The translations under genes were made by a program, and so were the position numbers. 47,572 bases of DNA from Gammaproteobacteria bacterium (GTDB lineage Bacteria; Pseudomonadota; Gammaproteobacteria; SZUA-140): assembly GCA_016124415.1 (NCBI GenBank), contig WGNS01000059.1, positions 1-47,572 on the forward strand, given 5' to 3'. A model generated the notes under the pieces. The model was not told the origin of the DNA. It was given only the letters and a program-made list of their open reading frames with translations, and searched no databases. Positions 1 to 8,621 of this stretch are shown piece by piece; within the stretch, counting starts at the first letter, position 1, and each line of letters opens with the position of its first letter.

Positions 1-189
1 CAGGATAGGTCTGTTCAGAGTCAGTCGAATTCTGATAAAAGAGATCAAACATTCTAAAAGCACAGGCACAATTGGTACGATGTGATTCAGAAAATAATGG
101 ACCGGCGGCGGAATGCCGCGTTTTTAGAGGTCCCCTTAAACAATGCGGAGCAATAACAATTATATTGCGCTGAACAATTGGGGTCAGGT

Positions 190-218
190 TGAACCTCCCC
201 CATTTTAACGGACACTTT
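190..218 (+). mobile_element. Isolated IS3-family-like terminal inverted repeat fragment
   Basis: TGAACCTCCCCCATTTTAACGGACACTTT resembles IS3-family ends (TG start, C-run, GGACAC). No partner IR or transposase in the window. Confidence 0.4.
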
Positions 219-409
219 AACAATCGGGGTCAGGTACGAATGGTACTTACTTAGCTTCAAACTCGAATTTCCGTCATTCCGGCGTAGGCCGGAATCCAGG
301 AAATCGGGCACAAAAGTACAATCTGGATCCCGGCCTACGCCGGGATCAAACAATTGGGGTCAGGTACGAATGGTACTTACTTAGCTTCAAAGTCGAATTT
401 CCGTCATTC
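219..409 (+). repeat. 61-bp direct repeat (219-279 and 349-409), with a 17-bp partial copy at 173-189
   Basis: AACAATyGGGGTCAGGTACGAATGGTACTTACTTAGCTTCAAAsTCGAATTTCCGTCATTC occurs twice with 2 mismatches, period 130 bp. Confidence 0.9.
273..347. repeat. Inverted pair of REP-like palindromes (GTCATTCCGGC...GGAATCCAG type)
   Basis: GTCATTCCGGCGTAGGCCGGAATCCAG (273-299) and the inverted copy CTGGATCCCGGCCTACGCCGGGATC (323-347); each arm is itself a hairpin. Confidence 0.8.
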
Positions 410-412
410 TGG

Positions 413-489
413 GATATTTGGGGTCAGAGTAAAAACTTTCCGTCGCATCAGCAGCCAACCAGTAAGTTTTTACTCTGACCCCAAATATC
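413..489. repeat. Perfect 26-bp inverted repeat with 25-bp spacer (GGGGTCAG-type REP/MITE)
   Basis: GATATTTGGGGTCAGAGTAAAAACTT (413-438) is the exact reverse complement of 464-489. Confidence 0.9.
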
Positions 490-642
490 TGGATGCCGGA
501 TGTGGGCCGGGGCCAAACGACGGCTGATCCGGTATTCGGTGGAATCAGTTGCAACAAGCGGCGCCGAGCGGGTAACTTCAAGCCTTGATTCCTCAAGTCC
601 GATCTATCCGGTCGTACCTATTCGACAACATGAAGGTGAACC

Positions 643-1167
643 ATGGCAGTGCTCGGAAGACAAGCCATTCTGAAGGCGATCGAACAAGGCGCTTTATCCA
701 TCACACCCTTTACACCCGAGTTGGTGGGGCCGGCATCCGTTGATTTAACGTTGGCCAGTACCTTTCGCGTATTCCGAAAGGTGCATCAGGTCATCGAGGT
801 GCGGAAGAACACCGATTATCGCGATCTCACCGATAAGATGGAGGTGCCCAGCGGTCAGCACATCCTCATCATGCCGGGCGAGACGGTGCTGGGGATCACA
901 AAAGAGCGCCTGCGATTGGGGCCGGGGCTTTGCGGCTGGTTGGAGGGGCGCAGCCGTTTCGCCCGTCTCGGACTGATGGTGCATATCAGCGCCCCGTTCA
1001 TGGGGCCCGGAATAGACAGCCAGCAGGTTTTGGAAATGAGCAACTTCGGCCCGGCGCCGTTGGAGGTCTATCCGGGCACCCCGATTTGCCAGTTTGTCTT
1101 CCAGCATCTGGAGGGAAGTGAACAATATGAGGGGCGCTTTGCCGATCAGACGGAAGCGTCCTTTTAG
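643..1167 (+). CDS. dcd: dCTP deaminase
   Basis: 174 aa. Motifs GPASVDLTL, EGRSRFARLGLMVH, LEMSN and PGTPICQ of the trimeric dCTP deaminase family; AAGGTG RBS. Confidence 0.85.
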   Translation: MAVLGRQAILKAIEQGALSITPFTPELVGPASVDLTLASTFRVFRKVHQVIEVRKNTDYRDLTDKMEVPSGQHILIMPGETVLGITKERLRLGPGLCGWLEGRSRFARLGLMVHISAPFMGPGIDSQQVLEMSNFGPAPLEVYPGTPICQFVFQHLEGSEQYEGRFADQTEASF

Positions 1168-1245
1168 CAGGCCGTTGAAAAACCCTCATGCGGCACGATA
1201 CCTCGACAGGTACCCCGATATCCGGCTCACAAGGAACCCACTCCC

Positions 1246-1797
1246 ATGGCAAAACAACACCCGGAAATATCCGACGCCCTGAGCGACTTCATCAATAACC
1301 AAAAGTTATTCTTTGTGGGCACCGCGGCCGCCGATGGGCGGGTCAATGTCTCGCCGAAGGGGATGGACTCCTTACGGATATTGGGTAGGAACCGGGTTGC
1401 TTGGCTCAATGTGACGGGCAGCGGCAACGAGACGTCGGCCCATGTCCAGGAAAACCCGCGTATGACGCTGATGTTCGCCGCGTTCGAGGGGGATCCGATG
1501 ATCCTGCGTCTGTATGGGCAGGCCAGGGTGGTTCATCAAAACGACCCGGAATGGGATGAGCTGTACAAGCTGTTCCCCACCATCCCCGGCGCGAGGCAGA
1601 TCTTCGACCTGGATGTGGATCTCGTGCAGACCTCCTGTGGCATGGGAGTGCCGTGTTTCGATTATGTCGGCGATCGCGAGTTGCTGAACGACTGGGCCGT
1701 GAGCAAGGGCGAATCGGGCATCCGCGAATACTGGAAGGAGAAAAACCAGGTGAGCATCGACGGCAAGCCGACGCACATCGTGGAAAGAAATACCTGA
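1246..1797 (+). CDS. Pyridoxamine 5'-phosphate oxidase-like FMN-binding protein
   Basis: 183 aa. FFVGTA..DGRVNVSPKG, LNVTGSGNETSAH and VQTSCG are typical of this split-barrel family. Confidence 0.85.
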   Translation: MAKQHPEISDALSDFINNQKLFFVGTAAADGRVNVSPKGMDSLRILGRNRVAWLNVTGSGNETSAHVQENPRMTLMFAAFEGDPMILRLYGQARVVHQNDPEWDELYKLFPTIPGARQIFDLDVDLVQTSCGMGVPCFDYVGDRELLNDWAVSKGESGIREYWKEKNQVSIDGKPTHIVERNT

Positions 1798-1965
1798 TCG
1801 GGTTGACCGCCGCCTAAGTCCGGCTGGCCGTACCCCGCAAAACACGCTACCCCGTTTCTCCCCGGGGCCTCACGCGGCGCCTTCGTCAAGGCGCCTTGCG
1901 CCATTTTCGCGCTTTCCCTTGAACCTGTGCGGCAATCTCCGCTCATGCGCGCCAGCTCGTCGGGC

Positions 1966-2020
1966 TTGCAAATATTGCGCGTTTCGGTAAAATCCCGACT
2001 GGATTGGTAATATACCAATC
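1966..2020 (+). promoter_or_regulatory. Putative sigma70 promoter with downstream palindromic operator
   Basis: TTGCAA(1966-71)-N16-TAAAAT(1988-93), then the perfect 8-3-8 palindrome GATTGGTA-ATA-TACCAATC (2002-2020). Confidence 0.5.
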
Positions 2021-2058
2021 TAGTCAACAATAAGCGCAAATGAAGGAGGAGGGTCGTC

Positions 2059-2139
2059 ATGAATCCTGTTGTCGGTGTTGCTGTAATTCCCGTAGGTTTT
2101 TGTCTGCTGATTATCGGGGCTTTCCTCGGCGGTCATTAA
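2059..2139 (+). CDS. Putative 26-aa single-TM microprotein MNPVVGVAVIPVGFCLLIIGAFLGGH
   Basis: Strong SD AAGGAGGAGG at 2043-2052, ATG at 2059, an uninterrupted hydrophobic stretch, and a hairpin directly after the TAA. Too short for the ORF track. Confidence 0.55.
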   Translation: MNPVVGVAVIPVGFCLLIIGAFLGGH

Positions 2140-2149
2140 GGCGAAACCC

Positions 2150-2180
2150 CCGGGCAAATGGCGATCCGCCGTTTGCCCGG
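2150..2180 (+). terminator. 14-bp stem hairpin after the microprotein ORF
   Basis: CCGGGCAAATGGCG-ATC-CGCCGTTTGCCCGG (one G.U pair). The tail is pyrimidine-rich but has no clean U-run. Confidence 0.45.
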
Positions 2181-2380
2181 TATCCCTTCCTCCGCATTCC
2201 CTCCCGTTCCAAGCATTTCCCTTTTCGCCTTTCCCAAACCTCCACGGCTGAAGCCGATACATCGCCGTTGTGCGCAACGTCCGGGCCCGGATATTCCCGA
2301 TATTCGCTCTCAGTTGCGGGGTGCGCGTTATTTGCCTATCCTTCTGACATAACGACATAAAAAACAGAAGGCGGTGTCCC

Positions 2381-4384
2381 ATGTCCTGGTCCCATATTCT
2401 GCCCCCGTTGTTTGGTGTCATCGGCATGGTTGCCGCTTATCAAGTCTATCGGGTCGTCATGACGCACCCGCCCGGGACCGGGAAACTCGAAGAGATCGCC
2501 GAGGCCATTCATCACGGCGCGCTCGTTTTCATTCGGCGCGAGTATCGAATACTCTCGATATTCGTTGCCGTCGTTACCGTGTTGCTGGTCATTGCGCTGG
2601 GCATTGGGACGGCCTTCGCTTTCCTGCTCGGGGCGTTCTGTTCCGCGACAGCCGGATATATCGGTATGTCCACGGCGACCCGGGCCAATGTGCGAACGAC
2701 CGTCGCGGCGCATGAGAAGGGGCAGGCCGAGGCCCTGACCGTCGCCTTTTACGGCGGCTCGATCATGGGCCTGACCGTGGCATCCATCGGCCTCCTGGGC
2801 CTTGGCGGGCTCTATCTCATCTTCGGTAACGACCCGGCCACGTCCTACGTCATTCACGGCTTCGGTATGGGCGCATCCAGCGTCGCCCTGTTTTCGCGTG
2901 TCGGCGGCGGCATCTACACGAAGAGTGCCGACGTCGGCGCCGATCTCGTGGGCAAGGTCGAGGCGGGCATTCCCGAGGACGATCCCCGCAATCCGGGGGT
3001 CATCGCGGACAACGTCGGTGACAACGTCGGCGACGTGGCGGGTATGGGCTCGGATATCTTCGAATCCTATTGCGGCTCGATGATCGCGACCATCGCCATG
3101 GCTTCGACGATGTCCGCCGCCTCCGCGGCCGCACTCGGCGAGCGGGCCGATTTGATGTTTCTGCCGCTCGCGTTGGCTGCGGCCGGGTTGATCTGTTCCC
3201 TGATCGGCATTCGTCTGGTGCGCAGTTCGTCGGATAAAGCGCCTGAAAAGGCCCTGCGCATGGGTACGATCGGCGCCTCAGTGCTGTTTATCATCGTGGC
3301 GCTGATCACGGTCCTCTCGGTCGGATTGTCGGCATCCGTCTGGGGCGCGGTCCTGGTCGGAACGGTCGGCGGCATCATCATCGGGCTCGTGACCGAGTAC
3401 TTCACGGCCGGCAAGCCCGTCGAGCGGATCGCCACGGCAGGCGAGACGGGGCCCGCGACGGTCATGATCACGGGGCTCTCGGTCGGCATGAATTCCGTGG
3501 TGATCCCGGTGCTCACGATCTGCGCCATCATCTTCATCGCGAGTCATCTCTGCGGACTCTACGGCGTCGGCATCGCCGCGGTCGGCATGCTGGCGACGGT
3601 CGGCATCACGATGGCGATCGACGCCTACGGCCCTGTCGCCGATAACGCCGGCGGCATCGCCGAGATGGCCGGGCTGGGCGAGGACACCCGCAAGATCACG
3701 GACTCGCTCGACGAACTCGGCAACACGACGGCCGCGATCGGCAAGGGCTTTGCGATCGGCGCCGCGGCCCTGGCGGCGCTCGCCATCATCTCGGCCTTCA
3801 TTCAGGACGTCAGCGTACACGTCCCCGATTTCCGACTCGATATCGGTGATCCCGAGGTCCTCATGGGCCTCTTCCTGGGCGGTATCTTCCCGTTCCTGGT
3901 TGCTTCGCTGACCATGACGGCCGTCGGCGATGCCGCCTTCGACATGATCCGCGAGATCCGCCGCCAGTTCCGGGAGATCCCCGGCCTGCTCGAAGGCACG
4001 GCCAAACCCGATACCGAGCGTTGTATCGATATCGCGACCCAGGCGGCGCTGAAGCGAATGATCCTGCCCGGCGTGCTGGCCGTGTCCGCGCCGGTGGTCG
4101 TCGGGTTCGGCATCGGTCCCGAGGCCTTGGGCGGGATGCTGGGCGGCGCGCTTTTAGGAGGTGTATTGCTTGCGCTGACCATGGCCAACGCCGGCGGCGC
4201 CTGGGACAATGCCAAGAAGTACGTCGAGAAGGGCAACCTCGGCGGCAAGGGCTCGGATGTGCACAAGGCCTGTGTCGTCGGCGACACCGTGGGCGATCCG
4301 TTCAAGGATACTTCCGGCCCTTCGATGAACATCCTGATCAATGTGCTCGCGATCGTGAGTCTGGTGATTGCGCCTTTGCTGTGA
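2381..4384 (+). CDS. hppA: Membrane-integral pyrophosphatase, K+-dependent type (probably Na+-translocating)
   Basis: 667 aa polytopic protein. Motifs [41 protein letters not shown] (Ala = K+-dependent) and DTVGDPFKD. Confidence 0.93.
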   Translation: MSWSHILPPLFGVIGMVAAYQVYRVVMTHPPGTGKLEEIAEAIHHGALVFIRREYRILSIFVAVVTVLLVIALGIGTAFAFLLGAFCSATAGYIGMSTATRANVRTTVAAHEKGQAEALTVAFYGGSIMGLTVASIGLLGLGGLYLIFGNDPATSYVIHGFGMGASSVALFSRVGGGIYTKSADVGADLVGKVEAGIPEDDPRNPGVIADNVGDNVGDVAGMGSDIFESYCGSMIATIAMASTMSAASAAALGERADLMFLPLALAAAGLICSLIGIRLVRSSSDKAPEKALRMGTIGASVLFIIVALITVLSVGLSASVWGAVLVGTVGGIIIGLVTEYFTAGKPVERIATAGETGPATVMITGLSVGMNSVVIPVLTICAIIFIASHLCGLYGVGIAAVGMLATVGITMAIDAYGPVADNAGGIAEMAGLGEDTRKITDSLDELGNTTAAIGKGFAIGAAALAALAIISAFIQDVSVHVPDFRLDIGDPEVLMGLFLGGIFPFLVASLTMTAVGDAAFDMIREIRRQFREIPGLLEGTAKPDTERCIDIATQAALKRMILPGVLAVSAPVVVGFGIGPEALGGMLGGALLGGVLLALTMANAGGAWDNAKKYVEKGNLGGKGSDVHKACVVGDTVGDPFKDTSGPSMNILINVLAIVSLVIAPLL

Positions 4385-4390
4385 TGAATC

Positions 4391-4523
4391 CGTTGGGCTT
4401 CGTGCCTCAGCCCAACCTACATTCTGTTCGGAAAAAGATGTAGGTTGGGCTGAATGGAATGAAGCCCAACGATACTCGTTAAGTTCGGTTGAACGTTGGG
4501 CTTCGTGCCTCAGCCCAACCTAC
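4391..4523. repeat. Cluster of three GTAG-type REP elements (BIME-like)
   Basis: CGTTGGGCTTCGTGCCTCAGCCCAACCTAC is identical at 4391-4420 and 4494-4523; the inverted GTAGGTTGGGCTGAATGGAATGAAGCCCAACG lies at 4440-4471. Confidence 0.9.
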
Positions 4524-4619
4524 GGAATCTCAGATGGTGGGAATGTTGCGAAGCGCTATAGCTTAAGGATGAAAGACGTACTTTGAATTAGCCATTTATT
4601 TACGACAGGAGCGACAAGG

Positions 4620-5735
4620 ATGGTTGCTGTGACGGAATTGGACGCCTGGCTTGCCCTGCTCAGGGTGCCGGGACTTGGTGCTTTGGGTATCGGGGCGCTT
4701 ATCGAACGACTCGGATCGCCGGAAGCCGCTTTCGATGCGAGTGACGAAGCGCTGGCGGCTTGTGGTCTGCGGGCGGGGGCGCGAGCGGCGCTACGCAAAT
4801 TGGATTGGAATTCGATCCGACCGGATCTCGATTGGCTCGATGCGCCCGGCCATCATTGTATAACGATGCGCGACGCCGCTTATCCCCGTTTGCTGGCCGA
4901 AACCGCCGGCGCGCCGCCCGTGCTCTTCGTGGACGGCGACCCGGGTGTCCTTTCCGAGCCGCAATTGGCCGTCGTCGGGAGTCGCAACCCGAGTCCTGAC
5001 GGTTTGATTCAGGCGCGGGACTTTTCGATGGATCTTTGCGCTTACGGGATCGCCGTCACCAGCGGGCTTGCGGCCGGGATCGACGGCGCCGCCCACCAGG
5101 CGGCGCTGGACGTCGGCGGCAGGACGATCGCGGTGCTCGGGACCGGTATCGATCGCATCTATCCCGAGCGTCATCGGCACCTTGCGGCATCGATCCGCGA
5201 GCGCGGCGCGTTGGTCAGCGAGTTTCCGATCGGGACACCGCCTAGGGCGGAGCATTTTCCACGCCGCAACCGGATCATCAGTGGGCTCGCCATGGGAACC
5301 CTGGTCGTGGAGGCGACCCAGCGTAGCGGTTCCCTGATCACGGCCCGGTGTTGCGCCGAGCAGGGACGCGAACTGTTCGCGATCCCCGGTTCGATCCGTA
5401 ATCCGCTGACAAAGGGCTGTCACCGCCTGATCCGCGAGGGTGCCAAGCTGACCGAGACGGTCGAGGACATTATCGAGGAATTGTCGCCGCTCGCCGGTGT
5501 CATACTGGGGCAGATTGCTGAGCCGGCCAGGGAAGACCCGTGTAAGGATCCGGAACACGCCCGGGTGCTCAGCGAAATGGGGTTCGCGCCCGTCTCCGTC
5601 GACGATCTTTGCGTTCGTTCCGGGGTGTCCGCGGCGCGGTTGTCGACCATTCTCCTGTTGCTGGAGATGGAAAATCGGGTAATATCGGTGCCCGGCGGTC
5701 TTTATCTCCGCTGTAAACATCAAGGCAATACATGA
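4620..5735 (+). CDS. dprA: DNA-processing protein DprA
   Basis: AVVGSR, TSGLAAGIDGAAH, HFPRRNRIISG, EATQRSGSL and a C-terminal winged helix; dprA-smg-topA synteny. Confidence 0.96.
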   Translation: MVAVTELDAWLALLRVPGLGALGIGALIERLGSPEAAFDASDEALAACGLRAGARAALRKLDWNSIRPDLDWLDAPGHHCITMRDAAYPRLLAETAGAPPVLFVDGDPGVLSEPQLAVVGSRNPSPDGLIQARDFSMDLCAYGIAVTSGLAAGIDGAAHQAALDVGGRTIAVLGTGIDRIYPERHRHLAASIRERGALVSEFPIGTPPRAEHFPRRNRIISGLAMGTLVVEATQRSGSLITARCCAEQGRELFAIPGSIRNPLTKGCHRLIREGAKLTETVEDIIEELSPLAGVILGQIAEPAREDPCKDPEHARVLSEMGFAPVSVDDLCVRSGVSAARLSTILLLLEMENRVISVPGGLYLRCKHQGNT

Positions 5736-6205
5736 AAGAAAATATGTTGGACGTCCTCCTTTATATGTTCGAGTTCTGCGACGAGGAGGAACTGAGGCTG
5801 GAAGAGGGCGAGGAAGCCCTGCACGGGAAACTGGTGCGCGCCGGCTTCGGCAATCAAGAGATCTTCAAGGCGTTTTCGTGGCTCAACGAGCTCTCCGAGC
5901 AGGGCGACGAGCCCGGCCGTCTGCCCGATACCGGAAGTTTCCGGATCTTCGCGCAGGACGAGATCCTGAGGCTGCCCGTGGAATGCAGGAGCATGTTGAT
6001 GCTGTTGGAGCAATTCGGCGTCATCGGCCCCGACTCGCGGGAGCAGATCATCGAGCGTGCCCTGGCCCTTGAGGTCGAGGACATGGATCTTGATCAGTTC
6101 AAGTGGGTCCTGATGATGGTCCTGCTCAACCAGGACAAGGAAGTTCCGGCGTTTATTCTGAACGACGAAAATCTGATGGGCGAGGGATCAAGGCATCCGC
6201 ATTGA
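5732..6205 (+). CDS. smg: Smg (DUF494) protein
   Basis: N-terminal LDVLLYMFE, AGF..EIFKAFSWL and REQIIERA..KWVLMMVL; overlaps the dprA stop (ATGA). Confidence 0.9.
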   Translation: MKENMLDVLLYMFEFCDEEELRLEEGEEALHGKLVRAGFGNQEIFKAFSWLNELSEQGDEPGRLPDTGSFRIFAQDEILRLPVECRSMLMLLEQFGVIGPDSREQIIERALALEVEDMDLDQFKWVLMMVLLNQDKEVPAFILNDENLMGEGSRHPH

Positions 6206-6310
6206 TCGTTCGGCCAATCCCGCCCGGCCTGACGATGGTCCGGGCACATTTACCGTTACCGACCTGTTTCCTCTGACCTGGAGCGCGAGTACGTTTTACC
6301 CAATCGAATC

Positions 6311-8599
6311 ATGAGCAAACACCTCGTCATCGTCGAATCGCCGGCCAAATCCAAGACCCTGCAGAAATATCTCGGCAAGGATTACCAGATCCTCGCCTCG
6401 TACGGACACGTGCGCGACCTGCTGCCCAAGGAGGGCGCCGTCGATCCCGAGCAGGATTTCGCGATGACCTATCAGGTCATCGACAAGAATCAGCGTCATG
6501 TCGACGCCATCTGCAAGGCGCTGAAACAGTCGGACGACCTGTTCCTCGCAACCGATCCGGATCGCGAGGGCGAGGCCATTTCCTGGCATCTGTACGAATA
6601 TCTCAAAGGGCGCGGCCTGCTCAAGGACAAGCCCGTCCACCGTATCGCCTTCCACGAAATCACGAAGCAGGCGGTGACCGACGCCGTCAAGCATCCGCGC
6701 ACGATTTCGATGGAACTCGTCAATGCCCAGCAGGCGAGACGGGCGCTGGACTATCTGGTCGGATTCAAGCTGTCGCCCCTGCTTTGGAAGAAGATCCGCC
6801 GAGGGCTCTCGGCCGGTCGGGTCCAGAGTCCCGCGCTGCGCATGATCGCCGAGCGCGAGGCCGAGATCGAGGCCTTCGAGTCGCGCGAGTTCTGGACGAT
6901 CGGCGCCGAGCTGACCCAGGCCAAGGAGGCCTTTCCGGCCCGTCTCACGCATTTCGAAGGCGAAAAACTCGAGCAGTTCAGCATCGTCGACGGCGAGCGT
7001 GCTCAGGCCGTCACCGATGCGCTGACGGCCGCCGCGGGCGGCGTGCTCAAGGTCAGCCAGGTCGAGCGCAAGCAGCGCAAGCGTAATCCCGCGGCGCCGT
7101 TCATCACCTCGACCCTGCAACAGGAGGCGGCCCGCAAGCTCGGCTTCACGGCCCAGCGCACGATGCGCACCGCGCAGCAGCTCTACGAAGGTATCGATAC
7201 CGGAGACGGCGCGGTCGGTCTGATCACCTACATGCGTACCGACTCGGTCAACCTGTCCCAGGAGGCTCTGCAGGACATCCGTCAGCTCATTCACGATCGC
7301 TACGGCGCCGACCAGTTGCCCGACAAGCCGCGCGCGTTCAAGTCGCGTTCCAAGAACGCCCAGGAGGCGCACGAGGCGATTCGTCCGACGGCCGCGACCC
7401 GTTTCCCCGATGCCATCAAGGCGCGTCTGACCAGCGACCAGTACAAGCTCTACGAGCTGATCTGGAAGCGCGCGGTGGCGAGCCAGATGATCGAGGCCAG
7501 GATCAATACCGTGGCGATCGACCTCGAGGCCGGCGACAAGGGCGTGTTCCGGGCCAACGGTTCGGTCGTGGTCGAGCCCGGCTTCATGGCCGTCTACCAG
7601 GAGGGGCAGGACGACCAGAAAGGCGGCGGCGACGACCGTATCCTGCCGCCCATGGAGGTCGGCGACAAGATTCCGCTAAATGCGATCACGCCCGAGCAGC
7701 ATTTCACCGAGCCGCCGCCGCGCTATACCGAAGCCAGCCTGATCCGTGCGCTCGAAGAACACGGCATCGGCCGTCCGTCGACCTACGCCTCGATCATCGC
7801 GACCCTGCAACAGCGCGAGTATGTCGTGCTCGACAAGAAGCGCTTTTTCCCGACCGACGTCGGGCGCATCGTCAACAAGTTCCTGACCGAGCACTTTTCC
7901 CAGTACGTGGATTACGACTTCACGGCGCGGTTGGAGGACGAACTCGACGCGGTGTCCCGCGGCGAACACGAGTGGGTGCCCTTGCTCCGGGAGTTCTGGC
8001 GGCCGTTCAAGGCCCTGATCGACGATAAGGAGACCTCGGTACAGCGTAAGGACGTGACGCAGGAGCTGATGGACGAGGAATGCCCCAAGTGCGGCAAGCA
8101 GCTCTCGATCAGGCTCGGCCGGCGCGGGCGCTTCGTCGGCTGCACGGGATACCCGGAGTGCGACTATACCCGCAGCCTCGAAGGCGATACGCCGGAAGAG
8201 GTCGAGACCGTCGAGGGACGTGTCTGTCCCAAGTGCGGCGGCGGGCTGGTGATGCGGCAGGGCAAGTACGGCAAGTTCATCGGGTGCAGCAAGTATCCGG
8301 AGTGCAAGTACATCGAGCCGATCGAGAAACCCACGGATACCGGCGTGACCTGTCCCAAGTGCGGCAAGGGGACCATTTTCCAGCGCCGGTCCCGGCGGGG
8401 CAAGGTGTTTTATTCCTGCGGCGATTATCCGAAGTGCGATTATGCGATCTGGAACGAGCCGGTCGCCGAGCCCTGTCCGTCGTGCAATTGGCCGATCCTG
8501 ACCATCAAGACCACCAAGCGCCGCGGTACTGAAAAGGTCTGTCCCCAGGAGGGTTGCGGTTTCAGCGAGCCGGTTGAAGAGGCCGGGGGCGAGGACTGA
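6311..8599 (+). CDS. topA: DNA topoisomerase I
   Basis: LVIVESPAK, ATDPDREGE, SAGRVQS, LITYMRTD (catalytic Tyr) and four C-terminal Cys4 zinc ribbons. Confidence 0.97.
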   Translation: MSKHLVIVESPAKSKTLQKYLGKDYQILASYGHVRDLLPKEGAVDPEQDFAMTYQVIDKNQRHVDAICKALKQSDDLFLATDPDREGEAISWHLYEYLKGRGLLKDKPVHRIAFHEITKQAVTDAVKHPRTISMELVNAQQARRALDYLVGFKLSPLLWKKIRRGLSAGRVQSPALRMIAEREAEIEAFESREFWTIGAELTQAKEAFPARLTHFEGEKLEQFSIVDGERAQAVTDALTAAAGGVLKVSQVERKQRKRNPAAPFITSTLQQEAARKLGFTAQRTMRTAQQLYEGIDTGDGAVGLITYMRTDSVNLSQEALQDIRQLIHDRYGADQLPDKPRAFKSRSKNAQEAHEAIRPTAATRFPDAIKARLTSDQYKLYELIWKRAVASQMIEARINTVAIDLEAGDKGVFRANGSVVVEPGFMAVYQEGQDDQKGGGDDRILPPMEVGDKIPLNAITPEQHFTEPPPRYTEASLIRALEEHGIGRPSTYASIIATLQQREYVVLDKKRFFPTDVGRIVNKFLTEHFSQYVDYDFTARLEDELDAVSRGEHEWVPLLREFWRPFKALIDDKETSVQRKDVTQELMDEECPKCGKQLSIRLGRRGRFVGCTGYPECDYTRSLEGDTPEEVETVEGRVCPKCGGGLVMRQGKYGKFIGCSKYPECKYIEPIEKPTDTGVTCPKCGKGTIFQRRSRRGKVFYSCGDYPKCDYAIWNEPVAEPCPSCNWPILTIKTTKRRGTEKVCPQEGCGFSEPVEEAGGED

Positions 8600-8621
8600 T
8601 CGGGGACTGCCCGGCTGAGGT

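Noticed and set aside
173-438. Possible CRISPR array or integron attC array from the recurring GGGGTCAG units
   Set aside because: Unit lengths and spacing are irregular, the 'spacers' are themselves repeats, and there are no cas or intI genes or cassette ORFs.
87-596. Minus-strand ORFs 87..353 and 387..596
   Set aside because: They are translations of REP-like repeats (e.g. LDSGLRRND) with no protein-like features.
2181-2380. Na+ or other riboswitch upstream of hppA
   Set aside because: I could not recognise any aptamer consensus by eye; an Rfam cmscan would be needed.
4620-8599. dprA-smg-topA plus type IV pili as a novel competence island
   Set aside because: Both are widespread conserved gene clusters, and they lie about 30 kb apart.
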